Positions 35,919 through 47,015 of a stretch of DNA of 64,000 nucleotides are shown here, in pieces. The DNA lies in assembly GCA_051294905.1 (NCBI GenBank), contig CM119373.1, positions 30,628,001 to 30,692,000 on the forward strand, given 5' to 3'. The position numbers were made by a program, and so were the translations under genes. Each line of letters starts with the position of its first letter. The stretch's first letter is position 1. The notes beneath the pieces were generated by a model. It saw nothing but the letters and a program-made list of their open reading frames with translations. It had not been told where the DNA came from and searched no databases. This stretch comes from Botryllus schlosseri (Eukaryota).

Positions 35919-37550
35919 ATGACGGCATCTGACACTGGTATTACAACTGACGTCAAGGTTATGCCTAGCAATGAAAAAATATTCAGCAAGAGTACCAAAG
36001 TGTTTCTTCTCGCTCTGGGTGTAGCAGAGATCATCACTGGAGCAGTTGCACTCGCGGTTGAAGCCGCAATAGTGCGAGTGAACGCTGGAAATCCTGAAGT
36101 ATGCTCCTACATCAACGCTGGTCAAGGAATATGGTGCGGACTGGTCGCTTTCATACTGGGTATGCTCGGAACTACATTTTACGAGAAGGCGTCAAGATGT
36201 ATGTATCGCGCAAATATAGCCATGGCAATATTCAGTGTCATCGTGTTCGAGGTCGGATTCATATTGTCCGCAATAACGGCAGTATATTCGTTGAACACGG
36301 GGTTATGCACCTCGATATCGGATCTTCATGCTCTTGTCGCGGCGCTATGTTTTCTGGAACTCATTTTCGCGGTCATCCATTCCACTATTTTGAAATGCGG
36401 AGCACGCAAGGTGCATAATACGAAAACGGTGCCTGAAATTGACGTGCAGGAAATCGGTGAAAAGTCTGATTTACTCTATGTTGAAATCCAGGAGGAAACG
36501 AAGTCAGACGATAAATTAATAAACGATGCTACCACCGACAGTCCTGCGGACAATGGTGATGATGCGAAGCAGGATGACGAGCGTACGCCTGAAGCCGTGA
36601 GCAGCAAGTCAAAAACTGAACACACCGAACATCATACCATGAATATCTACATCGAACGGCAAAATAATTCCGAAGACACAGCCGACACCTTGACTTCAAA
36701 GACCGAAGGTCCCGCCCAACCACACCAAGAGCAGATCTCAAACTCAACTGCTGTTGATGACGACACTGATTCACAGTATGAAAACACAGCGCGCCGCAGC
36801 AGTAACGATGTTTTCGTCGAATGGCAGATCATTTCCGCGAACGAGAACTCTTACACGCCTCCAGAAGAAACATCCATTGACATTGTCGATGACGACAGTA
36901 CAAATCACGAAACACACAGCACCGCTGAGACGGGAGACCTACCAAAGCTTGCAACGATTAACGAAAATATAACAGTCGACACATCCGTTCATGATACCGA
37001 CGTCGCTCAGTATGGAGACAATGAAGAGGCCTTGTCCATGACGGTGGAAGGCCGTGCGCAGGAGGATATTGCTTCTGTCGTTGAGTCTGACCATTCGAAA
37101 GACTCGACATCCACTGATTCATCGACACCCAAGATATCGTCAGCTACCAGTAGTGAAAATACACGACTTACAGCGGACGCTAGCCAAGTCATTGAAGTAG
37201 CGATGGAAGAAGACGTTCCAGAGCAGTTGCCCGAAAGAAGTCCTACTGGGCCTGGCAGTGAGTCTGAGAGTTCACAGCGTTCATCAACGCGTGATAAAGA
37301 GGTGACCCGTTATGAAAACATTGTCATCACTTCGATTGATTATAGAGAGGAAAACAAAAACGACGAACAAGACGCGAATAATTCATCTAAATCGGAAACT
37401 TTACTATCTCCAACATCCACTTCATCCGCTACGAAATACGTCAGTAGTTACACGCACGTTCTAGTCCGCAACGACAGTTCCCGAAGCGAACGTATGAATA
37501 CAACAAAACCTGTGGTGATACGTCTTCAAATGAAAAATGAACAGGAATGA
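35919..37550 (+). CDS. CD20/MS4A-like four-TM protein (543 aa) with a ~380-aa acidic Ser/Thr-rich C-tail; intronless CDS
   Basis: LALGVAEIITG (TM1), AGQGIWCGLVAFILG (TM2), TM3, and TM4 ending IHSTILKC; acceptor tttctgcacAG 47 nt upstream of the ATG. Confidence 0.9.
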   Translation: MTASDTGITTDVKVMPSNEKIFSKSTKVFLLALGVAEIITGAVALAVEAAIVRVNAGNPEVCSYINAGQGIWCGLVAFILGMLGTTFYEKASRCMYRANIAMAIFSVIVFEVGFILSAITAVYSLNTGLCTSISDLHALVAALCFLELIFAVIHSTILKCGARKVHNTKTVPEIDVQEIGEKSDLLYVEIQEETKSDDKLINDATTDSPADNGDDAKQDDERTPEAVSSKSKTEHTEHHTMNIYIERQNNSEDTADTLTSKTEGPAQPHQEQISNSTAVDDDTDSQYENTARRSSNDVFVEWQIISANENSYTPPEETSIDIVDDDSTNHETHSTAETGDLPKLATINENITVDTSVHDTDVAQYGDNEEALSMTVEGRAQEDIASVVESDHSKDSTSTDSSTPKISSATSSENTRLTADASQVIEVAMEEDVPEQLPERSPTGPGSESESSQRSSTRDKEVTRYENIVITSIDYREENKNDEQDANNSSKSETLLSPTSTSSATKYVSSYTHVLVRNDSSRSERMNTTKPVVIRLQMKNEQE

Positions 37551-37697
37551 CAATTGACCATGCCCACCATGGAGGTTGTACAGAATCAGGATTTTTGTTA
37601 GTAAAATTCAATAGTTTGTATGTATGACTGAGCTGGTTTCTGCATTGCAACAACAGTTTGAACAATCGTTTGTAGGAAACTTCAACGCAATGCCGGG

Positions 37698-37977
37698 TTT
37701 TTTGGTTTGTTTGTTAGGGGTATTAATGGTCTTTGTCGACTACTATGGTCATTTACACCAGGCCGATATTCTTCTTATTTTCCGTGACTGCCGACTTATA
37801 GCCCGGCCCACCTCTAGACTTTTTGTAAGACACCGCTGACGCGGATGAGGTGGCGAGGAGGAGCCTAGGTAAACCTCCAGCACTTCGGTATTGGAATTCG
37901 GAAGTCGACCTCGGTCGGACTCGAACCCGCACCCATTGGTGTGGCAGCCGCGGATTATACCACTGCCCTATCTTGCC
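37698..37977 (-). mobile_element. Full-length tRNA-Gly-like SINE (280 bp) downstream of the 543-aa gene
   Basis: Head has an A-box (TAGGGCAGTGG), a CTGCCAC loop and a B-box (GGTTCGAGTCC); (CAAA) tail; perfect 13-bp TSD ACGCAATGCCGGG. Confidence 0.92.
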
Positions 37978-40170
37978 ACGCAATGCCGGGGTATAAACCG
38001 AACAGTGTTCCAGATTGGATCCGGATCCCGAAAAACCACGCACACATCTTGCTTAACAAAGATAAGCAGATTGTAATATTATTGAATGTAATTCCTATTC
38101 CGGATTTAAGATCCAAGTTCAAATCTCCATCCAGAATTATTTTCGTATCATATCATATTCAAATTCAAGCCCATATGCGACAATGTAAATGTATATTACA
38201 TTAGAAATCCCATGTATAAATTCCCGGCATATTTGAGATAAAAGAAAACATCCTAAAATAAAATCCTACCAGCCGAAATATTCACAATTTCATTCTCTTT
38301 CCCACCTCGTATGCTTCCATCGCTTATTTTATTCGCGCTTCGTGACCGTTTTGTATTCCTTTCTGTAATCAGTCGATATGTCGCCAGAAAATCTCCGATA
38401 ACTGAGGATTGGTGCTAAGTGAAGGGAAACTTCAAAATATATAACATTTTAAAACGAAAGAAGGGTGTATATAGTATTCCTAACGGGACTGTATTATACG
38501 TACTATTTTGTCTAATCAAATGTGTTCCAATATTTAAAATACTGCAAATTTTTCGAAATACTGAATACTGTTCCGTGATTTTACGCTAGGCTTTGATGCT
38601 TTCTGTATATGGCCAATTGATAACAGTGATCCCCTTCTAAAACCTCTTCGTTTGTTGTTAGATTTTAGTGATGCTTACGGTCACTTGGTTCGTAATCCTG
38701 TAACCGATTCGAAATTAATCTGCTGACGCGGAGATGGGCACACAATGTCAATTGACCACATAACTGTAATGGCGATGATGAGCCTAGATTACAAAATAAA
38801 CCAGCAAGACTACGTGTTGTCGATCGTCATGATGTTGCCCGGACAGGAGATCTACTTGTATTGTGCAAACTTTACATGAATATGTTTAGCCGTGTAATGT
38901 CAAAATCTAAACAACATTGAATTTACTTGAATGATAATGAGAATTTGAAAGAAATTGAGTTACGAGATGGTTATGACGAGATGGTTATGACTTGAGTCCT
39001 AAGGATGCTGGGTGACTAGCAGAAGTAGGCTAACTCAGACATTACCGTGCGACTGAAAGTTAGACAATATTATTACCATGACGCGCATGGTCGAGTGGTC
39101 CCGATAACGAATAATATGCACTGTATAATAGGTATCGTATAGTGTTCACTTATCTGACAATAAATTGCCGGAAATAAAGGATATGGGGTTCTGCAAGTTT
39201 GCAATTATTGAGAGTAGACAAAGCGTCTTGGTACACCTGATTTATAGATTTAGAATGACAGTTCAGAACCTAGCACATTTATATTTGCCTGCCAAACATT
39301 CAACATGCGAGTACATACAATGTCTTCTACACTGCACCATTATAGTAGTTACGGATAAACCAAAGTTCGTTAGTTCCACCAATCCGGATAACGAAGGTTG
39401 GTGCTAATCGGGAAAATTCATCTCAGATAGAGCAGATACTTCCCTATCAACGGTACGTGGGTCATGGGCATTGAGATATAGCCGCCACCTTTATCAAACG
39501 GGAATGTGTACTCTGATCTTACAAACTGATTGATAATGATGAGAAATGGAAAATGAATTATAAACTAATTATAATCTCAATAACGCGATAGGTGACAAAA
39601 TGTCATTATCTCCTCGGTAACATCATCGCACCCGATCGGGTGTTGATTGACCTCAATGCATATAGTACAGTGCGTTACAACAACGTACTCAAGTATAGCA
39701 AAACAGCAGGCGTTTTGATGCTCGTGGATTGAACCCACCAATATAGTGCATAGAATGGACTCCATATAGTGCGTATATTTCTTGCTTTGAGACACGTTCG
39801 CCTAATTTGTATTGTCCTGGATTGCGATAGAGATGGAGAATTAATGGATCAGCTATTTCTTGAAGACATTACGAACCAGAACTTTGGAGTTGTGACTGCT
39901 TGTCAATTTGAACGGCTCATATTTGAGCTTGAGAAGTCTCATGTTGAATGTATTGCTGTATCTAATTCAAACCTGTAGTCTACCAAACCAGCAATGGGAG
40001 AAGTTAAACTATGCAGCCGCAATATAGCCTTGTATTATTATATATGTCGTCTACACCTCTACACAGTGCCACAGCGAAATATCAATATCAACGGTGAAGA
40101 AATAGCAAATTTGATAAAGCTGGACGCGCTAACTATTTCTTATGGTCGCATAGGTATTGTCATGACATGT

Positions 40171-41717
40171 TTCGCTACCAACAGATTGAGAAGCCGTGAT
40201 ATACATATCATATGACAGAGTCATGTAACAAGTAGTTTCCCGCTGTCTTCTTCATAGCTGAACAAGACAAGCGGAGTAAGGTAAAGTGGAATGTTGGGAA
40301 ATCTGTATTACTATCTGACCCGACCCAGCGACAGACGTAAACGCGAGATCGTCAAAGAGCGCGCCCGCTTATTGCGCGGTAGGAACTACGTCACAGAGAA
40401 GGAAATGAGGGGCATCTTCGACACTATCAACAAAGAAGGAGACGGTTTCATCACGGATCTGGAGCTGGAACGGTTCATACGAGATTCCCACACTATCAAA
40501 GAAGAGGTTTCTGATGCCAAGATTCATGTGAGTGGGTTGCAGAAATGACGTGAACATGATAAAAGATGGTCAATTGGGTACCTTGGTCAAATTAATCAGC
40601 GTTGCATCTGCGTAGTAGAATATTTACCCAATTACAAGTGAATGTAGCGATTTCAAAGACGTTTCAAAACTACTTCAAGTGGATATAGGAAATGAGGGGA
40701 CTGAAAGGATTCAAGCAATTACCTTTGTCGAGGGTATTCTGTAGATGCCTCATGACCCATTACGCTCCCAAGCACATACCGCATCAAAAAGGGCCTTGCT
40801 CTAGCAAATTCAACAGCGATCCGTGTTATAGGTGAATAAATTCCCCGAATATATGCCCTCCTCTTCGGATCCGTAAATATGGGAGGTAAAAAATGATGTC
40901 GAGAGTGATAAGAGGGCGTTGAGTCGAAAAAGGTTGGAAACCACTTGGTTAGACCAATTGTTAACAGAAAAGTCGTCTCCGTGAATACGCGTAGCATTGT
41001 GCAAAATGCTTTGAATGCTGAACGCTGATTTATGATCAAACGACGAATCCAGACCCCCCGTGGTGGGAAGTAAGCATCAAGGCTATATTTACCGTTCTTG
41101 GAGCAATTCTTTGTTGCAACAAGCATATCATATCTTTACTAGAATAAATTCTTCTCGGTGCTCGACTCGAATCAGTACAGTTGATACTCGAATCGTCGTC
41201 CCAAGCCGTAACTACGACGTTAACATATTGCAGCAATTAATCGACGAAGCCGATCTGAACCGCGACGGAACAGTCGACTACGAAGAATTCCTGAAAGCTG
41301 TTCACTACATCAGAAACAACGCCCTGCTGTCGAAATTAACCTGCGGGCTGGTAACACCGAAAGGTCACGTCCGTCCGCCCGGCACCGAAGATGCCCGGAT
41401 TACGGCACGCACTACAACGAGCCACCTCGAACCGAAATTCGGGTGTCCCGCTGTTCGCATTCCGAGGAGCAGCAAAATACCGCGCCGGATGCACCCGGCG
41501 AATATGTACGGCGCCGAGGACGACGCCTTCACCTGGAGCAAGCTCCTTCGCCTTGGCTTTTTCACGACCGAAGACGAAGAACAGCTGTGGGCGATTCAGC
41601 TGGCAAGAGGAAGCGGGAGAAACCGCGGACAGGCGACGCCGAGTCCCGGCAGAGTTCACTCTGGGCTTTAAACTTTCGACGTAGAAACAAAACAAAATCT
41701 TTGCAGAACAATAATTA
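40171..41717 (+). repeat. Outer left arm of the inverted duplication (partner 54045-54807)
   Basis: Direct reverse-complement alignment; exon 1 differs at only 9/237 nt. Confidence 0.95.
40291..41671 (+). CDS. Two-EF-hand protein (~224 aa); exons 40291-40527 and 41234-41671
   Basis: Phase-0 join CAT|GTGAGT..TTGCAG|CAA. EF1 loop NKEGDGFITDLE is atypical and EF2 loop DLNRDGTVDYEE is canonical. Synonymous bias versus the paralog. The 5' end is uncertain (strong acceptor at 40257). Confidence 0.8.
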
Positions 41718-42315
41718 TTTAGGAAGACGGGTCATTACCTCCTTACAATTGAACGCACTAATTTGGTCGCAAGACATTTCGAATCATCATTTCCGAGCCA
41801 AAACCACCATACGGTTCGTTCAGGTATCGCGGAATAGTTGAGATTCCTGACGTGTTTCTGCTTTTCTTTCGCATTTGCGACCGCATGGCGCCAACTGGCA
41901 GAGTCCTGCTTGAAATTACACGGACTCTTCGAAACTGTTGAAAATTTTCACCAAAAGCAGCTCTATACCCAAAATGTGTGTTGACGAATCGTAAATAATT
42001 ATTAATTTGATAAGATCAGGATCTCATCATTACAAAAAATGAAATAAAATTGAAGGGGATCAAGTCTCGTGACGATAACTCATATCCGGATAGCGGCTTA
42101 CAAATATACTCAACTGGCTGTATATACGGTTGCTATTAAAACAAAATTAAATTTAAAACGAACATGTTTAAAATAAGGCCCTTGTTTAAAACATGTTTAA
42201 TTGTGTTTTTCAAAGCCATGCCGTCGCGAATATTCAATTGTGACGTCATAGTGGATTGACATTGACAATTGAAAATATATGGTAAATATAAGCTCCTTTG
42301 ACGAAATATCTACGT

Positions 42316-43492
42316 CAGGGGTGGGCAAACTTTTGAGCGCGCGGGCCTCATTCAACATATGAATCCATTCGCGGGCCGCACTATATAAAATTGGGATTAT
42401 AAACCAAAACGCAAGATTGGTATTTGATTATATAGTGAGGACATGGAGATAATACATATGCTTATTTAAAATAATCCAAACATTGCTTTGATGATCGTAC
42501 ACACGTCAGAAACAGTGGCGAGATTTCATGGGCTGGTCGACCTCAATAACAAATTTGTCAAAACTATAGAGATGAAAGACGGTTGTCCCGATTCTTAGAA
42601 CAGGATTGAAATTTAAATCTGTGAGCAGCGATCTGTTCATAGATTTACTAATTCCACTTTTGGTCCAGTTCCAGGACACAAAATGCTGACAGCATCATAA
42701 CCATGTTAGCTTCGAACACGCTTCTACAATGTGTAGATAAAATGTAAATACCCCAATTCTACGCATACAGAGAAGGAATCTACCTAAGACGCGCGCGAAT
42801 CGTTTTTATAAGCACATCACTGAAATTATAGAAATGGAGTTGCCAATCTGAAATCACACTCGTGATCCAAATTATGTCAATCTCGTTTGGGATTTCTGTG
42901 ATGTTTAGCAGTCGAAAGTTTCAAACTGCGTGGGCCTTGAGATCGAGCTGTCGCGCCAGAAATGAAACATAAAAAATATTATAGGAAGTATTTACCTTAG
43001 AACAGTGGTTCTCAAACTTTTCAAGACACGCCCCCTCCCTTATGATGGTAAAAGATTTCGCGCCCCCTTATCGTCATATCACAAAACGCAACCAGGATGC
43101 TAGCAATCCCAACGGATAGTTGATGGCATGGAAGGTTGCAACTGTGGATGAGAGATTTTTAAATATGAAAATCAGACTAAATGCAGAGCAATAATTATGA
43201 ATGGGATGTAAATCAATATTTTTCAATTGAGCTCAGTTTCGCGCCACCCCAACCCCCCCTTCAGATGCTTTCACATCCCCAAGAAGGTGCGCCTCCCACT
43301 TTGAAAACCACTTCCTTAGAATTATCATGCTGAAATTTACTAATAAATAGTTTAATCAAGTCCCTGCATTAACTCGATTTTTACTACGCATTTTATCAAT
43401 ATCTTTAATAAGTTTCTTCAGACTCTCGCGGCCCGCACAGAACGGTGTGGAGGGCCGCATGCGGCCCGCGGGCCGTAGTTTGCCCACCCCTG
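42316..43492. mobile_element. hAT-Charlie-like MITE (family C1), nested
   Basis: Perfect TIR CAGGGGTGGGCAAAC; TSD ATCTACGT / ATCTACAT. Confidence 0.9.
43003..43313. mobile_element. hAT-Charlie-like MITE, innermost of the nest
   Basis: TIR CAGTGGTTCTCAA / TTGAAAACCACTT; perfect TSD CCTTAGAA. Confidence 0.85.
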
Positions 43493-43910
43493 ATCTACAT
43501 ACTATAGCTGTTGAACCGACTATTTTGAGGGTTCCAACCATCCTATATCGTAAACGTCGGTTATGTCGGGGGGTAATTGTCCGCAGGCTCATACAACATG
43601 TTTTTTGAAAAGTATTTACACAATTATGGCATGATTTTACAATATAAAAAAACACAATTTTGGTATTTTAAAAAGGCCTTTCTTTAAAACACTGTTTAAA
43701 CATGTTTTAAACAAAGTGTTTTAAACAACCATTTGTTTTAAATGCAACCCTAGCTGTATAACTGAGACGAACGTCCTGATCGAGTGAGTCCTGGATTATA
43801 CCATTCAACAGACGATCATTTCCTTTCTCAGATATATTGTAAGGATAAATCAAACAGAAGGTTTTGTATTACACATGACCATGAATCGTTGATATTCCAT
43901 ACCATATACC

Positions 43911-43954
43911 GAGAGAGAGAGAGAGCGAGAAAGAGAGCGAGAGTGAGAGAGAGA
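43911..43954. repeat. Imperfect (GA)n microsatellite
   Basis: Direct reading of the sequence. Confidence 0.9.
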
Positions 43955-44517
43955 TAGCTCTGCACAATAGAATATTTTTGACCTTTTGGTGGCTCAAAAT
44001 TGAGAATTACTATACATGTGATTCGTCATGAGCGCCATATTTACCGTGTAGAAAACGATTTAATGTTATAATACCGGCACTTATCAACTTGCCCAGCATT
44101 TGAACATTCGACATTCGACATGCATCAGGAACCTTTTGCAAGATACATAATTTTATTTGTATTACCGTGAGAGCCATATGATATTTTTTGACAGTTTAAA
44201 CAATTACCATGGACTTTTAAAAAACAAAACCAACAATTGTAGGCAACAGGAAACGTAGAAACTGATGATTATTCTCTATTGCCACGCTTTTTACAGTTAA
44301 GTCCCTTTTTACGATGGATCCATTCAGCACACGCGAAGGTAGTCATACCTCAACTGTTCCATACTCTCAGTCACGCAAAGTTCAATCAGCTCCTAAAAAC
44401 CGGTATAGTAACTTCAGCGAAGTCGAATATTGATATAATATAGTAGCTTTATTACTCTCAACTCCCAAGCTCATCAGCGGTAACATAACTTTACTCTGCA
44501 AACATATATGTAATAAG

Positions 44518-45064
44518 TAGGGCAAGTTTTTGCAACTTTTACAACTATTTTTTTGACAACTTCTGGCAGCTTCCTAAATACTCGGAAGTTATATAGTATG
44601 GTGTTTTAAGCTGTTTGAGAGAATCTTATATTGCAACTTTTTGCAACTTTTCTTTATTTATTTTTTCGTGCAACTTTCTGCAACTCTTTTAGATTGTGTA
44701 TGCAACTAACATTGTACTGGAAATATTTGGCAGTGTATGTAAATAGTTCACTTGATTATTTCACTGTCGTTTAAATTTGAGCTCCTGTCTGATTTGGTTA
44801 GACCGCAGAAAATTATATTTTTACTGGGTCAATATTTTCAGGTTTTTGATTTTGTTGAAGTCGCCAACATTGTGTTTTGCTACTGTGCCTCAGGTACGGA
44901 ACGATTCGAGTAACTCATACCCTCATAGTTTCGAAGAACTTGTCCATAAATGCAACTTTTTAGAGTGCAACTTGTGTGGAATTATAATTCAACTATTGAC
45001 TGTAACTTTTGTGAAAAATAAAGCCAACTTTCCAGGGATTTGACTGCAGCAAAAACTTGCCCTA
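44518..45064. mobile_element. hAT-type MITE at the outer end of the left lectin arm; duplicated at 52106-52571
   Basis: TIR TAGGGCAAGTTTTTG; perfect TSD GTAATAAG. The right-arm copy lacks the last bases of one TIR. Confidence 0.88.
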
Positions 45065-47015
45065 GTAATAAGATATTGTCTCACTTGTAGTCAAATCAGT
45101 ATTCGCGTATAGAAGGTCTACCATTCGTAACACAAGTCATACCAATATTTACTGGAGCGAAGGTCTCATCTTAGGATGTCATAGAATATTAACTTGTTGG
45201 TGAGGTCACTTTCGTCGGGTCTGCAAGAGCCCGCATTCCAGTCGGTGTGGTGGATCTTTGGAGAAAGTGCTATGAGTGTGATATGTTGAGCAAACCTCTA
45301 TAAAATCGGCATCAATTTTTGAAAACGCAAGGTTCATGTCAGTATCGTGTTGAATTTCCGTTTGTTTCACCGCCGCGACATAGCGATGGATACCAATTTG
45401 AAATTCGAGGAATTTTGATCACAGAAATTGCGATTGTCTGTACTTCTACTTACTATTGGCTGCTAGGGAAATTCATATATGTCAAAACGACTTTACTGAC
45501 AAATCGCACTTCTGACTTTGAATAAAACCAAAGTCGGCGGGGTTCGCGTATATGCGTAGCCTGCAATGGACCATTGTGCAATATGTTATATCGAACCGAA
45601 TGCTGATTGCTGACGCAGTTTTCAGCTAAAACCTGTCTGCTCCGTACTGATCCATATTGCATTGAAGTATGCAGGCTTACGGCATCAGTGGACCCAGGGA
45701 TATCTAGAACTATATCTGCGTGGTTGGACCCAACACCAACTACTGAACAATACAAAAGCAATACCCAAACGCCTGATCTGAATGTCTCTTTATTATCCGT
45801 GTGAGCTATCGCACATTTCATGACCGAGGTCGCATTTTAGACAACGATCTTGCATATAAATTGCTTATCAGACTGACAATAGGTGTAGTCCATGGGCAAT
45901 TCTCCTCCCGACGTGTAATAGAGTTGGATGCAATTGCCATAACTGCCATCAGGTTGACCTGGGGAGTATGCAGGGATTTCCGAATCCGTTGCTCCACCAT
46001 CAGCCCATCGCCACTGATACCCAATCCAGACTGGGATGCCCTCACCGCGCTAGGACATTCTCCATAACCCACTACCAATGATGTACCTGTAAAAATGTTT
46101 AAAGAGGTACGTTATTTTGATGTCGATACTGCATTTTATACTGAATCGCTGAGAAATTTCTGATCTCAAAACAAATACTGATCTAGCAGTAATCGATGAC
46201 AGATCATACGTTCGTAGCAAATATTTGACGGCAAACTACCAATAGTGACACTGTAACCTTCTGAGATGCGTTGTTCAATATCATTTTGACGCAAGATAAC
46301 TGCGGTGCTTAAGTATCGTGACGACTTTTGGCAACTCCTCCTCGCCATCTCATCCGCGTAAGCGGTGTCTTACAAAATGCCTAGATGTGGGCCGTGCTAC
46401 AATTCGGTAGATACGGTATCAAAAATAAGGAATATCGGCCTGGTGTAAATGACCATAATAGTCGACAAACACCATGAATGCCGAAAACAACAACAACAAA
46501 AAGCAACAACCTGCTGTGTGTCAATAAAATATCAGAGGGGCGTATTCTAATGTTTCGTAGATGCTAAATTTAGGGTGTACAACAGAAAAACACAGTCAAA
46601 CGTTCGGAAAGTGAATACATTATCTCCTTACTGAGCAGCGGCAGGTGATCGCAATGCATCGGCCGCCAAGGTCCCGCGCAATTCCGCACAGCGCGATTTC
46701 GCGGTGGCTTGATTAACCGATTCGTTGATGAGCTTGAAAAAAACGTTCCCCACTCTCGACCATTGAACTATACGCTGCCGCCAAAATCAATAGTAACACG
46801 TTACAAGCCTATGGTATGCATCAGCTGAAAAAGCGTCAGTAAATTGACTGACTCATTTATTGATGATGTGCTGCAAATGTTGCCGAACTCACAAGACATG
46901 TTTAGTGTACCCATTCAATATGCAAGTAGCAATAAATATTGTGTGAAGTTCCAGTTACTATAAGCTTGTTACGATTTTATTCACTTGTAAACTGATTGGT
47001 TCCTAATACGAGTAT
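44523..47015 (-). repeat. Inner left arm of the inverted duplication (partner 50125-52571)
   Basis: Continuous reverse-complement similarity over ~2.5 kb, roughly 90% by eye. Confidence 0.95.

Larger units (their letters stand above)
42125..43752. mobile_element. hAT MITE family T hosting two nested MITEs
   Basis: TIR TACGGTTGCTATTAAAACA / TTTTAAATGCAACCCTA; perfect TSD GCTGTATA. Confidence 0.88.

Noticed and set aside
37907-37977. tRNA-Gly gene
   Set aside because: A and B boxes and a GCC loop are present, but the 3' side cannot pair with GGCAAGA to form an acceptor stem. It is a SINE head with a TSD.
39769-39978. Extra EF-hand exon (DCDRDGELMDQL) upstream of the EF-hand gene
   Set aside because: No Glu at loop position 12, no convincing splice sites, and it lies outside the duplicated arm. 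It cannot be fully excluded.
41336-41841. Several alternative-frame ORFs over EF-hand exon 2 (and 53930-54324)
   Set aside because: GC-rich coding shadow; substitutions between the two copies favour third positions of the annotated frame.
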